A DNA stretch of 63,475 bases, filler included, from Octopus bimaculoides (GCF_001194135.2; 8 parts of 7 records of this genome joined end to end with filler, not necessarily neighbours in it); one strand, 5' to 3'. Positions 36,362 through 50,549 are shown, numbered from the whole stretch's first letter. Made by a program: numbers and translations. Notes: generated by a model not told the origin, from the letters alone.

Positions 36362-37809
36362 TCTTATAGGATGTGATTTGAAGGGAATTTCACTACCATT
36401 TCTAGCAGATCCTGTAGCCACTCAGAAGCTCGCTGAGTTTTTTATTTTTAATTTTTTTGACAATTGTATATTTGGCACCCACTGGAAACGAAGTGTAACA
36501 GCTCTGAATTCTCACTGTAAATAATGTAAAGATATATGTAACATATCTTTTGTTGTTTATTCGCGGTGACGTTGAATTCACACACACACACACACACACA
36601 CACACCCTCCACATTCACATATACGTATGTACAAGTAATCATTAGCTATTTACTAAACAATTCAGGTTGTCCCTCCTTTCCACTTAGCATAGTTATACTA
36701 ATAGTTTCTTTTTCTTTACTAACCCAACAAGTCAAGAGCAGTCGGTAAAAAAAAAAAACAGTTCAACATCCTAACTGGTTAATAGGTTTTCAAGTCGTAT
36801 AATCAGTCGTTTTTAAATACATGTCTATTATTACATATGCTTACTCCTTGATGCCAAAAGAAGCTTAGAAGTACACATACGCTCATACGCAGGTATGCAC
36901 ATACGCACGTACGCACATACGCACGTTCGCACATACGCACATGTGCAGAGATACACTAAAGCATATACACGCCCATGTTACTTTCGTATATATATATATA
37001 TATATATATGCATACACGCACAAACACAAGCAGCATAGATATATGTTGCTTATGTTTGTGTGTGTATGTGTGTGTACATATATANNNNNNNNNNNNNNNN
37101 NNNNNNNNNNNNNNNNNNNNNNNNNNNNTTAATTAATTAANNNNNNNNNNNNNNNNNNNNNNNNNNNNNNNNNNNNNNNNNNNNATATATATATATATAT
37201 ATATATAGATATATACATACACATATTATTATTATCATTATTATTGTTATTGTTCGCACACATTCAAACCCACTGCAATGCACCGAGAGTCAGTCAAGTG
37301 AAGGCTGTGTTCCGCCCTTTTGAGGAATTTCTTCGAAACGAACTTTTCAAAATTCCAGGCTTTCCTTCCAACAAACACTGAAGCTAGAAATACTTCGTCC
37401 TTTAGTCGGGGGCTCACTTGCAATGGAGCGGGAGAGCATTTCTTTATGACGTAAGACAAGGCGGGGTGGCAGGAGGGAGGATTACCATGGAGACGAAGAG
37501 GGAGTGCGTTCTAGTCAAGGCTGAAGCACGATTGACTTCATGTTTCCCACGTCTCTCTATCTTTCTTTCTTCTGGTAGAGGCTTTCTCAAACATTATCCA
37601 CCCATAATAGATGAAAGGGTCGCAATCTGTGACGGTAGAGGCTAAATACACCTAAATGCGTGTGTGTATATGTGTGTGTGTGAGTGTGTGTGTTTATGTA
37701 TATATATATACATATATATATACACACATGCATACATAATTGTATGTATAAATACATATATATTTGCATATATATGTATGTATGGAAATATATTAATGTA
37801 TATGCATGC

Positions 37810-37869
<60 letters not shown>

Positions 37870-38707
37870 ACGTATGTATTATATATATATATACACGCAT
37901 ATAGACATATGAATACATACAAATGTATTTATGAATTTGTGTGTGTGTGTGTGTGTGTACATACATACATGCATGCGTACATACACAGAGAATAGCGTTT
38001 CTTTTAGGAATGTACTGAAAACACGACTGAGTTCCAGTCTTATCTTTCCCGCCATCTCTCTTTTTTTGCACTTACAACTCGAGGGCAACTGCAACGCACT
38101 ATATGACCCCGCACCAAATAAAACATTCGTAAACAAAAAAGCTGTATATTTTTACAGAATTCCACACAAAAATAGATACTTAATAATAGAATCTATACTC
38201 ATATCGCACCGCGGTACGTAGACAAACACGCACGTAGCGTAAATACCTTGCTGGTGACGTAGAAATCTAACGGTCGGGTCAAATATTTGTATTTATTTTG
38301 ATATCTATGGCGGTAACAGTTACGCCCGTCACCATGCACTTGCCTGCAGTAATGAGGCTGGAGACACGCTAATATTCCTGCATCTTGAAGATGAGACTGT
38401 GAAAGTACAGAAATGTTGTTAGTGATGGATTTGGTGTAGATGCCGTTCCAAGTAAGCCGCGAGGAACTTTTTTTAAAGAAAAATATGGGGAAATACCTTA
38501 GTAGCAAAAGATTAACCTTGAACGAAGTTGCGTTTTAAATGTAACACAGGACATAGGCAAACGCACGCACGCGTGCACACACGAGCTCAAACATACACAC
38601 ACACACGGTCACATACACGCAGGTACGCACATTATACATTGCAATAACCAGTTGATAATTAAGAATGTAGTGTGCGTGTTTATAAACACATTAGATAAAC
38701 GTCTGTG

Positions 38708-38740
<33 letters not shown>

Positions 38741-39360
38741 NNNNNNNNNNNNNNNNNNNNNNNNNNNNNNNNNNNNNNNNNNNNNNNNNNNNNNNNNNNN
38801 NNNNNNNNNNNNNNNNNNNNNNNNNNNNNNNNNNNNNNNNNNNNNNNNNNNNNNNNNNNNNNNNNNNNNNNNNNNNNNNNNNNNNNNNNNNNNNNNNNNN
38901 NNNNNNNNNNNNNNNNNNNNNNNNNNNNNNNNNNNNNNNNNNNNNNNNNNNNNNNNNNNNNNNNNNNNNNNNNNNNNNNNNNNNNNNNNNNNNNNNNNNN
39001 NNNNNNNNNNNNNNNNNNNNNNNNNNNNNNNNNNNNNNNNNNNNNNNNNNNNNNNNNNNNNNNNNNNNNNNNNNNNNNNNNNNNNNNNNNNNNNNNNNNN
39101 NNNNNNNNNNNNNNNNNNNNNNNNNNNNNNNNNNNNNNNNNNNNNNNNNNNNNNNNNNNNNNNNNNNNNNNNNNNNNNNNNNNNNNNNNNNNNNNNNNNN
39201 NNNNNNNNNNNNNNNNNNNNNNNNNNNNNNNNNNNNNNNNNNNNNNNNNNNNNNNNNNNNNNNNNNNNNNNNNNNNNNNNNNNNNNNNNNNNNNNNNNNN
39301 NNNNNNNNNNNNNNNNNNNNNNNNNNNNNNNNNNNNNNNNNNNNNNNNNNNNNNNNACAC

Positions 39361-39391
<31 letters not shown>

Positions 39392-39647
39392 TACAGACAC
39401 ACACACACACTCATACGCACACATTTATTTAGAAATGTCCCCCTTCCCGAAACCTCATCATAATCTCACTGTGTGTGTGTGTGTATGTGTGTGTATGTGT
39501 TTGTGACTGTGTGTACCTGATTTTGTGAATCTGCGTATGTGTGTCCGGCCTTGAAAATGCGTTTATGTTTATGGCTAGAGTATCTATATATGTATGAATG
39601 TTGTTTGTCTATTATACGTTAGTGTTCCGAAATTTATCAAGAGCGTG

Positions 39648-39686
<39 letters not shown>

Positions 39687-39838
39687 AAGCATATATATAT
39701 ATGTGTGTACGCATGTACATATGCACGGACATTTATACAAATATATATATATATATATATATATACACACTCGTGTGTGTACATATACATATAGAGACAC
39801 ATATATACATATATGTATGTATGTTTGTATGTGTATAT

Positions 39839-39906
<68 letters not shown>

Positions 39907-39945
39907 NNNNNNNNNNNNNNNNNNNNNNNNNNNNNNNNNNNNNNN

Positions 39946-39981
<36 letters not shown>

Positions 39982-40649
39982 CACGTTAGCTTGTGTATAA
40001 GTGATGACCCTGCACCGCCGATATCCCTCCACTTCTTCTCCCCCACCCCTGAATAAGGGTTAGTTAAGTACCCCAGGGTGGATGGGTGAGGGCGGGTGGG
40101 GTAAACTCTGCACCCGAGAAACCCTATAACGTTAGTGACAGACCGTATAATTAATAACTTCAAAATACTAACTAATTACTAAGTACTGACCCCCAACCCC
40201 GTCCCTCCACCAACACCACCACCCCTGCCATCACCACCGCCACCACCACCATCGCCAAAACCACCAACACAAACATCGCATCCCCCTCGGCGACATCACC
40301 AATAATATATACCACTAAATCAACCACCATTACAACACCGTCACCGCTACTGCAAACACCACCACCGATACCACCACTACCGCTACTACAACTACTACTG
40401 CTGCTGCCGTTGCTACTAATACTACGGCTAATGCCGTTTCTAATACTACGCGGCCTTCGTCACACCACCGCCTCCTCTGGCCCATTACTTACATCACACC
40501 GCCACCACCGCCACCACCTCGCTAAGTGAAACCCACCTCTATGACACTGGCTCCATTAAAATATACCTTTACACAATACATAGACTATAAATATGATTAT
40601 GAAGCCCAGAAGTGTCTGAGTATGGATATACATACATGTATATATACGT

Positions 40650-40710
<61 letters not shown>

Positions 40711-42105
40711 CATATACACACACATATTAAGGAAAGCGAAATTTCGGCTGTCCGTCTGGGACCCCCGTATCTCAGTCTACATTTGCTCTACACAGATATA
40801 TTATACCTTTTTGGAATCAGGATGATCCCGGAATTGAAAATCTGCCTTTCATTTGAACATCCACCATTGGGAAGAAAGTATTTGGGTTGCTATTTCTAGC
40901 GGGTAAAGTTTGGCTGGTTCACGCCATCTTCCTTGGCGTTTGTTAGATGACGTCAGAGACCAAGGGGGAGATAAATGACATTACATATGAAGGGCTTCCA
41001 CACAGTCTCCACCTACCAGATTCCACTCACTAGCTTTTAATTTTTTTTTATTCTTGTTCAGTTTGTGCAAGGTTTTAATAAGAGACATTTTCTCGTTATA
41101 GAACTGAACCCGAATCCACACAGTTCCAAGACGAACTCCTTAACCACATCGCCCCGCTTGGAACCCAGCAGCTCTTGCACTCCAGTTAAAAGAATTTAGT
41201 GCTAAGATGACTCATGTCGAGACGTCCCTTGGTAGATGTATCATCTCCATAAGAACCTGCTGGAAATTGTTTTATCCAGACGAAAGAAATGGTAACCAAA
41301 TAAATCATCCAGACGTGTTCCTGCAGTCAAAGACTTCTGAAAACAGCTTAACGCATAAATTCCGAGACAACAGGAAATAACTGAAGCAATAAACGGTCTT
41401 GAAAGAAATCTGGCATCAATTCATTGATCCAACAATTAGTGGCGCTTTTAAATCATTAATTGGATTCCCGGAAATGCAAGAAAACCACACAAAACATATA
41501 CAACAACAACAACTGTTGTAGACGAAATTGTAACGGTTGAAACAGACTAAAGTAAATATATATATATATATATANNNNNNNNNNNNNNNNNNNNNNNNNN
41601 NNNNNNNNNNNNNNNNNNNNNNNNNNNNNNNNNNNNNNNNNNNNNNNNNNNNNNNNNNNNNNNNNNNNNNNNNNNNNNNNNNNNNNNNNNNNNNNNNNNN
41701 NNNNNNNNNNNNNNNNNNNNNNNNNNNNNNNNNNNNNNNNNNNNNNNNNNNNNNNNNNNNNNNNNNNNNNNNNNNNNNNNNNNNNNNNNNNNNNNNNNNN
41801 NNNNNNNNNNNNNNNNNNNNNNNNNNNNNNNNNNNNNNNNNNNNNNNNNNNNNNNNNNNNNNNNNNNNNNNNNNNNNNNNNNNNNNNNNNNNNNNNNNNN
41901 NNNNNNNNNNNNNNNNNNNNNNNNNNNNNNNNNNNNNNNNNNNNNNNNNNNNNNNNNNNNNNNNNNNNNNNNNNNNNNNNNNNNNNNNNNNNNNNNNNNN
42001 NNNNNNNNNNNNNTATATATTTATATACATATGTACCTATATATGTACCCAGAAAGAGGATAAATGAAGCAAAAACGAAAGACAGAGAGATAGCTAGATA
42101 GATAG

Positions 42106-42165
<60 letters not shown>

Positions 42166-42461
42166 GTGTAGATGTAACAATATCTATTGTCCTCTGACGT
42201 TAACAGCCAGCCGCCATTACTAAAAGAAATAATTACGCCATTTGTCTGTCATTACCTGAATATTGTAGGTGTACAATGGCATCCCTCGTGATTAGAAATA
42301 TGTAGCCTGGTATGTGTTCAAATGTATATATGTATACATACACCCATACATACATATATACATATGCACGTCTGTGTGTATATATATATATATATACATG
42401 TTTTGTGTGTGAGTGTATATTCATACATACACACTTATATATATATATGTATGTATACACG

Positions 42462-42540
<79 letters not shown>

Positions 42541-45479
42541 GTATGTATGCACGTATACACATATACGTGCCTACATGTGTGTATGTGCATACAGGCCTAT
42601 GAAAATACCAATATCTTTCTATCTTACAATAATTTTTATGCTTGTTTACATACATACCCAGGTAAAACTCATTCAGCTTTTATTTCTTCCTATAAATTAT
42701 ATATGTGTATCAGTGCTGGTGTCTGAGTCTGTACCTGTGTGTGTGTGTGTGTGTGTAAACTTTTACTGTCAAAATATGTTTACATATTATCTCATCGCGA
42801 TAAGTCCTTTTGTTTGCAATAATTTATTGTATTAATCCCCACTTCAAACTCTGAGTACTTCCTTACTGCACGTGCTATGTTACGAGATGTTTTGTATTGA
42901 ACAACCTGAAGACGACTGGATGACATACTGATTGAAATATAGAACCGAGTATTGAGACAACTGAAGCGAGCTTAATACTAATAAAATCTAGATGTTCCAC
43001 CTGCTAACGTTCCAGTGGACTGCTGGTTTCGCTAAAATGTCTATTTATCTTATTACTTCCGTGATCATCTTGTATTATAGAGACCCACTTTTCCTCTTCT
43101 ATAGCTTCTATAAGTTCGTTTCATAGAGCTAGCTAGTTTCATACCCCACCCGATAGACAAGAAGACAAACAGAGAAACCGAATGAGAAACAGAGATAATC
43201 TCTTTTATAATCTCCTTGGCTCACATCTAACGTGACGGCCGAACTGCTAGCATTATTTAATCTACGATTGAATAATTGCAAATATATTTGCATGAAACTA
43301 TGAAAATCTTATTAACATCACTTTAATATTAAAAGACAGTATTCAACCACAAATTCTGTACCGTTGGTTCGTTATTGACTTAGAGTGTGTATACATACAC
43401 ACACAAACATTCACGCACTTACACACATACATACGTATATATTTACACAGAAATGCACGAATGTAGGGGCTCCATCGGGCAGTGTTGATCATACATTTAT
43501 ACATGTATGTGCAGGCCTAGGCAAAATTTTATGAAGACAACTGGCAGGGTCTGCTGTGTTGCAGGTATTTGGGCCAGGTCTCCTTCCCTAGCTCCTTCCA
43601 ATCACTCGACCATTCATACAAGTCTTCTACTAATCATTCCACTGATATTTAAACAAGGGAAAGGCCATTGACACGGGCCGATGGAGCTTGGCACCAATGT
43701 CTTGCTAGACATTGCTCTCAAAACCGAAAGCCCTGAAACAGATATCAAAAGATATCTTACCTGACTCTCCAACAATCCCGTAAATCTGCCACCCTGGGGT
43801 GCTGTTATACGCTCACAGGCATTTACACACATACAGTACGGTACCGATGTATCCACCTTAATGTAACCCATTCCGCAACTCAACCATCATTGCTTAATCC
43901 ATGGAACAAGAGATACGAGGGGATGGTCGGGTCTGTTTAGTAAAATTATGTTTAATCCCTGTGTAACAGAGCTAAGTCTACTAATGGTACCCCAGGGACA
44001 ATAGATGGTTGCATGGTTCCCCAGATGTGGGTGGGTCGACGAGAGAGAAGTGTGTAAAATTACAAATCTGTATATAGTCATGTTTGTGTCTGTGTGTGCG
44101 TGTGTGTGTGTTTCTGGATGTGTTTTGGTGTGTCTAACTCTGTGTGTGTGTGTATGTGTGTGTGTGTGTGTGTGTGTGAGTGTGCATTTGTGTGTGCTTG
44201 TTCGTATTTCTGTGTATGTACTTGTATGAATTACACGCACACTTGCTCATACACACTGTATAAATACATACATACATACGTTCGTACGTACATACATACA
44301 CACACATATGTATGTATAATACATTCCTATACAATTATATACGTCATTATCTTGTTATTTAGGAGATAGCTAAATACACATACACACANNNNNNNNNNTA
44401 TAAATATATATATATATATATATTATACACGTGCATATACGTATATATGTATGTACCTCTCTCTCTCTCTCTCTCTCTCTCTCAATATCTATCTATTTCT
44501 ATGTATATACATACATACATACGTTCGTACGTACATACATACACACACATATGTATGTATAATACATTCCTATACAATTATATACGTCATTATCTTGTTA
44601 TTTAGGAGATAGCTAAATACACATACACACAGAGTTACACATACAAACACTCATGAACACTGACACGCATACATAAACACACACACACATGTACACATAT
44701 TTATGTATCTATACGTGTATAACACACACACATACGGATGTGTTGGTGTGTTGTCGAGTAAATGTGGCTTTATGTCTCGTACGAGTGTATATAAACTGCA
44801 AAGCTAGATATCTACATATCTGCACGTCTGTACATACCCGTATGTAATGTCAAGCGGGTGTATAAGCCAAGATTTATACTCCACACTTCAGCATAAATGT
44901 CAACCATGTTTGGCCTGAAGCGGTTAATTGAAACCCAAACTTTTAGCGTCTGATTAATTATTTAATAAAGATCTCTTCCAGGTTCTCCACCCTGATTAAC
45001 TCCCTAACATACACTCTAATGTGTGTGCGTGTGTGCGTGCACGGGGTGGGGGTAAAGTGTCTGTGTGTGTGTATATGGATGTGTGTATGGACGCATGTAC
45101 GTATGTATGTTTGATGTGCGTGATTTTAGTATCTGTATACATGTACCTATAGGCACACACATATGTATGCATGTACATATGTATATGTAAGTAAATGTGC
45201 TTACATATATGTGTGTGTGTGTGTGTGTATGTATATAGATATGTATATATGTGTACATAGGTATATGTATATTTCTATGTAGATATATATCGTTTTTCTA
45301 GTTCATGTATGACTGTGTGTATGGATATATATGTATAATATGTACATGTGTGTGTTTATATTATATATATTTACACATGTGTGTTTGTATGTGTGTGTAT
45401 GCATGTGTGACCATCTTGTTTATGTACCTGATTGTTATGCGTTCTTATCCAGCAAAAGAAAGTTCATAAGTGCCAAGAA

Positions 45480-46130
45480 GCCAAGAACTCCGCTTGTTTT
45501 GTCAATAATACTGCACTAAAGTTCTCTCTGTATGAAACTGAATTCCTTCTTCGGAGAGCTTTAGAATTCGTATAAATTCTGTTCCAGTCAACGATTTAGA
45601 CGTTGATAATATGTTGCCCGCCTAGAAATATTTGCCTATTTTACGATAATTTTTTGATATTAGGGTGGGAAGTAATTGTAGAGGCTATAAATTGTTTTAC
45701 GTACCGACGGCGAGGTTTTGTGAGCTAATATTTGTGTACCTCCTGAGCTGATATCAGTAGAAATCTATCTCTGCAGAGTTCGGTCTTTATCGTAATGATG
45801 GGCTAATCATTTTTCGAATTAAAATGGATGCTGTTACAAATTATTTCCTTTAACATAAAAATCAAAGTAGATACGAATCTAAATATATTTAATTTTTGAG
45901 ATACAATATTAGATTAATGTACTGATAAGTTATTTCCCTTTCAGTAACTCTTCCGAAAAATTGCAGAATAATTAACTCTAACGTAATCCTTAAAAACTGA
46001 GTGAAGAACATTATTGATGGCATGCACAGGTTTCTTGTGATAAAGAATTCTTTAACCGTGTTGCTTATTTGCACATTGACGCTTTGACAGACAGTGGCTT
46101 TCAAGATAGAGCACGTAACATTCAGGACTA
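45480..46130 (+). mobile_element. Decayed Penelope-like element reverse transcriptase; possible GIY-YIG remnant near 46570-46640
   Basis: With stops and frameshifts: LLRRALEF; DGEV-CELI.VYLLS (DGAEVCEL-like); FGLYRNDGLIIFR (GLYRDDGL-like); IKVDTNLNIFNF*DTILD (NLKIVNFLDVTL-like); SCDKEFFNRVAYLHIDALTDSGF. Confidence 0.7.
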
Positions 46131-47625
46131 CATTAAAATTCATAAACGCAAAAGTTATTAATGAAATATTATGATATAATTCTCCCTATAATTTAAATCT
46201 TCATCCCAGTGTTATCAAGTTTTTCCCAAATCTTTAGGCCTCTCCAGTTTGAGTTTTTTCCGTATAAAATTTCAGCGACCATAATAACTGCCCTCTCTGC
46301 AGTAAATGTCGTTATAAACTTTAATTCATTGAGTTAATGTCTCCCTTGAAGATAACAGTAAAACAAAAGCTGTACATGACTAACTAAAATCATTGTTTAA
46401 AGAAATCTTTTAGCAACATACATACCTTCAGACAACAACAACAACAACAACAAAAAAGACGTTCTTTGTTTCATTATAGAAATATAATTTGAATATAAAC
46501 GATGAGAATATAAATAATTCCAAACAGAATCGATCCATTTTAAAACGATGAGTTTCCCACAATAATGGGATTAGACGGTATGACGGCTACCACACACTTG
46601 ATATTTTCGTTTAAACACGTGAAGAAATTTGTAGTTGATTTCATGTCTTCAGCATCAAAAAATGGTGAAGGTTAATGAGGTTTCAGTGTTTGTAGATAAA
46701 TATACGAAATATATGACCATCTTTCAGGGTGTTAAAAATTCAGTTGGTAGCTGGAAATTTCTCAAGAAATACCGATGGAAGCGCCTGCAAGAATTCCCCA
46801 TTCCGATCTTTTGCTCAAAATTGCCAAAAACTGTAATGTAATATTTTCCATCTGCTGTTGATTAATCATATTTCGGTGTATCTGGCAATAGTCTTCCTTT
46901 TTTATTTCCAAACTGCATCGCTACTTCAGTTGTTTGAATAATCGGTACCGTGATGTTCGGGGTTTGGATTCACGTGCTTCGGCTTGTAATAAACTATACA
47001 CTCACATTCTTGCTTGGAAACAGAAATTTTCACCATCGCGCGCGCGCACACACACACACACACACACGCACACACACACGCACACATACATATATGTATA
47101 CATACATAAATACGTGCGTACATACATACATGTGTACAGATATATGTACACATGCATTCTTTTATTCGTTTGAATCATTTGGTTGTGGCCATGCTGGAGC
47201 ACCGCCTTTAGTCGAACAAATCGACCCCAGCAATTTTTCTTTGTATGCCTAGTATTTATTCTATCGGTCACTTTTGCCGAACCGCTAAGCTACGGGGACA
47301 TAAAAACACGCCAGCATCAAGCGATGTTGGGGGGGGGGGACAAACACTGACACACAAACATATACATATACATATATATATCTGACGGGCTTCTTTCAGT
47401 TTCCGTCTACCAAATCCACTCACAAGGCTTTGGTCTGCCCGAGGTTATAGGAGAAAACATTTGCGCACGGTATCACACAGCGGGACTGAACCCGGAACCA
47501 TGTGGTTGGTAAGCAATGTATAAATNNNNNNNNNNNNNNNNNNNNNNNNNNNNNNNNNNNNNNNNNNNNTTAATTAATTAANNNNNNNNNNNNNNNNNNN
47601 NNNNNNNNNNNNNNNNNNNNNNNNN

Positions 47626-47658
<33 letters not shown>

Positions 47659-47892
47659 ATATATATATATATATATACATATCCATATATATATATATAT
47701 CCATTTTTAACTGTTTAGCATTTAAACTGGCCATATTCAGCTATAATATTCTACCTGTTTTACGTTCAAACTGGCCAGATCAGGCCCCTTATACCTGCCC
47801 TACAATGTCATCCTAAAAATAAGCAATCATGTCAGTGAAATCTCAGAGCTACAAGATATTGCATGACTGACTGAAAACAATGTGGATAAATA

Positions 47893-48057
47893 AACCTTGG
47901 GAACGAGAACCCAGGTTCGAAATTTCCCCGAGACACCTGATGAAGGCTGGAAGGTATACCAGCCGAAACGTTGTGTTAACAACAAACAAGACGAGGACAA
48001 ATATCCATCAAACATAAATAATGTACATAATTCCTCATCTCTTAAATATAGAACTGA
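47893..48057 (+). mobile_element. Penelope-type terminal repeat fragment (paralog at about 30876-31050) containing a hammerhead motif
   Basis: About 160 bp shared between the two loci, including the CTGATGA...GAAAC core. Confidence 0.65.
47932..47977 (+). ncRNA. Minimal type-I hammerhead ribozyme motif with intact core
   Basis: gacac-CTGATGA-a-ggctgg-aaggtata-ccagcc-GAAAC-GTT-gtgtt. Stem I gacac/gtgtt; perfect 6-bp stem II; stem III reduced to the palindrome ACGT. Confidence 0.65.
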
Positions 48058-48604
48058 AATAAATCTTACATTTGACAGAGTAATCTGGCTGCTAAAGGGT
48101 TTAAATTATCTGTCTTTTTTTTCTGACCTTGACGTCAATGTTTTCAAACTGACCTNNNNNNNNNNNNNNNNNNNNNNNNNNNNNNNNNNNNNNNNNNNNN
48201 NNNNNNNNNNNNNNNNNNNNNNNNNNNNNNNNNNNNNNNNNNNNNNNNNNNNNNNNNNNNNNNNNNNNNNNNNNNNNNNNNNNNNNNNNNNNNNNNNNNN
48301 NNNNNNNNNNNNNNNNNNNNNNNNNNNNNNNNNNNNNNNNNNNNNNNNNNNNNNNNNNNNNNNNNNNNNNNNNNNNNNNNNNNNNNNNNNNNNNNNNNNN
48401 NNNNNNNNNNNNNNNNNNNNNNNNNNNNNNNNNNNNNNNNNNNNNNNNNNNNNNNNNNNNNNNNNNNNNNNNNNNNNNNNNNNNNNNNNNNNNNNNNNNN
48501 NNNNNNNNNNNNNNNNNNNNNNNNNNNNNNNNNNNNNNNNNNNNNNNNNNNNNNNNNNNNNNNNNNNNNNNNNNNNNNNNNNNNNNNNNNNNNNNNNNNN
48601 NNNN

Positions 48605-49103
48605 ACAGTAGAGGGCGAACCACTGGAGCAACGGAGAATATCGAGATGTTCTTCGTTTTCCAATCCAGATGGCACTCCCACTTCCAGATCAACTCCATCG
48701 ACAACGCCAGCAACAGCACCACCATCACCGTCCCCAACAGCACGGCAACCCTCTTCATCGTCACAGCAGGAATCCTCAACCACTGACCACCCCGACGGCA
48801 AGCTCTCCACTACTGATGCCGACAGCTCCGCTAAGACAGGCATTAACACAGAGAGCGGACAGGAGATGGGGGAGCGTCGGCACTACTTGTTCGACATCTT
48901 CAAGTCGTACCCACGGCTGATGTTCTCCAGGGCACCCTGGTACATACAACTGTACAGCATGTTTGTACTCCTCTTTGATCTTATCTGGAGGACCGGGTAC
49001 AAAAACTTTGTGCGTCTTTACGTGAGGCACGTTCTAAACCCACAGGGGATACTCGGACAGTACAAAGACATGATCGAGATTGGCAGCACACAGATCTGTG
49101 CTG
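48605..49103 (+). CDS. Exon of a Y_phosphatase3 (IphP/MptpB-like) protein tyrosine/lipid phosphatase: Ser/Thr/Pro-rich insert plus helical part. The 5' end is at or in a gap (possible acceptor acag| at 48608)
   Basis: ...RRHYLFDIFKSYPRLMFSRAPWYIQLYSMFVLLFDLIWRTGYKNFVRLYVRHVLNPQGILGQYKDMIEIGSTQICA G|gtaatt. Splices in frame to 50550. Confidence 0.8.
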
Positions 49104-49558
49104 GTAATTTTTATTTCTTTGTATCTTTTATCTTTTGCTTGTGCCGGTCATTGGATAGCGACCAGGCTGGGGCAATGCTCTGAAAGGTTTTAGTCAAATA
49201 GTTGAACGAATTTCACCCCAGTTGATTATTGTTTTTTTTTTTAAGTCAGGTATCTTATTCTGCGAGTTCTCTTTTGCCACACTGCTTAGTTATAGGGACA
49301 TAAACAAACCTATGCAGGTTCTGAAGGGAAAGAAATACACACGACACACACATACATACATGCACACACACACACACAAACACATCATCATTTAACGTCC
49401 ATTTTTGCATGGTTCAGATGGAGTTTACTGAGGCAGATTTTCCTATGACCAGAGGCCCTTCTCATTGCTAGCCCTTACCTGTTTCCAAGCCAGTTAATAT
49501 TTCCCCATGGCTGAATCTGGAACCATATGGTTGCGAATCAAGCTTCTTACCACACAGC

Positions 49559-49878
49559 TGGAGGCGCAATGGCCCAGTGGTTAGGGCAGCGGACTAGCGG
49601 TCATAGGATCGCGGTTTCGATTCCCAGACCGGGCGTTGTGAGTGTTTATTGAGCGAAAACACCTAAAGCTCCACAAGGCTCCAGCAGGGGATGGTGGTGG
49701 CGAACCCTTCTGTACTCTTTCACCACAACTTTCTCTCACTCTTACTTCCTGTTTCTGTTGTACCTGTATTTCGAAGGGTCAGCCTTGTCACACTATGTGT
49801 CACGCTGAATATCCCCCGTGAACTACGTTAAGGGTACACGTGTCTGTGGAGTGCTCAGCCACTTGCACATTAATTTCA
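49559..49878 (+). mobile_element. Young tRNA-derived SINE with intact Pol III boxes
   Basis: ggaggcgcaaTGGCCCAGTGGttagggcagcggac...cgcGGTTTCGATTCCCagaccgggcg, followed by a SINE body rather than a tRNA 3' end. Confidence 0.85.
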
Positions 49879-50255
49879 NNNNNNNNNNNNNNNNNNNNNN
49901 NNNNNNNNNNNNNNNNNNNNNNNNNNNNNNNNNNNNNNNNNNNNNNNNNNNNNNNNNNNNNNNNNNNNNNNNNNNNNNNNNNNNNNNNNNNNNNNNNNNN
50001 NNNNNNNNNNNNNNNNNNNNNNNNNNNNNNNNNNNNNNNNNNNNNNNNNNNNNNNNNNNNNNNNNNNNNNNNNNNNNNNNNNNNNNNNNNNNNNNNNNNN
50101 NNNNNNNNNNNNNNNNNNNNNNNNNNNNNNNNNNNNNNNNNNNNNNNNNNNNNNNNNNNNNNNNNNNNNNNNNNNNNNNNNNNNNNNNNNNNNNNNNNNN
50201 NNNNNNNNNNNNNNNNNNNNNNNNNNNNNNNNNNNNNNNNNNNNNNNNNNNNNNN

Positions 50256-50293
<38 letters not shown>

Positions 50294-50549
50294 CATATAT
50301 ATGACGGGCTTCTTTCAGTTTCCGTCTACCAAATCCACTCACAAGGCTTTGGTCGGCCCGAGGCTATAGTAGAAGACACCTGCCCAAGGTGCCATGCAGT
50401 GGGAATGAACCCGGAACCATGTGGTTGGTAAGCAAGCTACTTACCACACAGCCACTCCTGCGCCTATTAATTGGTTCATTAATTGATATATTTTGTTTTT
50501 CTATTTCTATATTCTTCTCTTTCACTTCTCCCATCTCTGGTTGTTGCAG

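Noticed and set aside
36204-36524. 106-aa + ORF with an upstream phase-1 acceptor (tttcag at about 36165) as a shared constant exon for modules A-C
   Set aside because: Composition is not protein-like, it overlaps an inverted repeat, and it lies in a different assembly block.
38199-38507. Unique GC-richer segment with a minus ORF and splice-like sites on both strands
   Set aside because: No frame gives a recognisable product or consistent phases; possibly a UTR exon, but unsupported.
40190-40530. Thr/Pro-rich (ACC)n stretch as a mucin exon; similar tracts at 53440-53583 and 60970-61095
   Set aside because: Degenerate triplet repeat that drifts between frames, with no splice signals.
27197-48609. 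Splicing of the coiled-coil modules (phase-1 donors) onto the phosphatase exon (possible phase-1 acceptor at 48609) to give a secreted phosphatase
   Set aside because: Phases fit, but three artificial spacers lie between them and the N-terminal part of the phosphatase domain is not found. A phase match alone is weak evidence; only junction reads could revive the idea.
49559-49635. tRNA gene
   Set aside because: A and B boxes are present, but there is no convincing acceptor stem and it continues into a SINE body.
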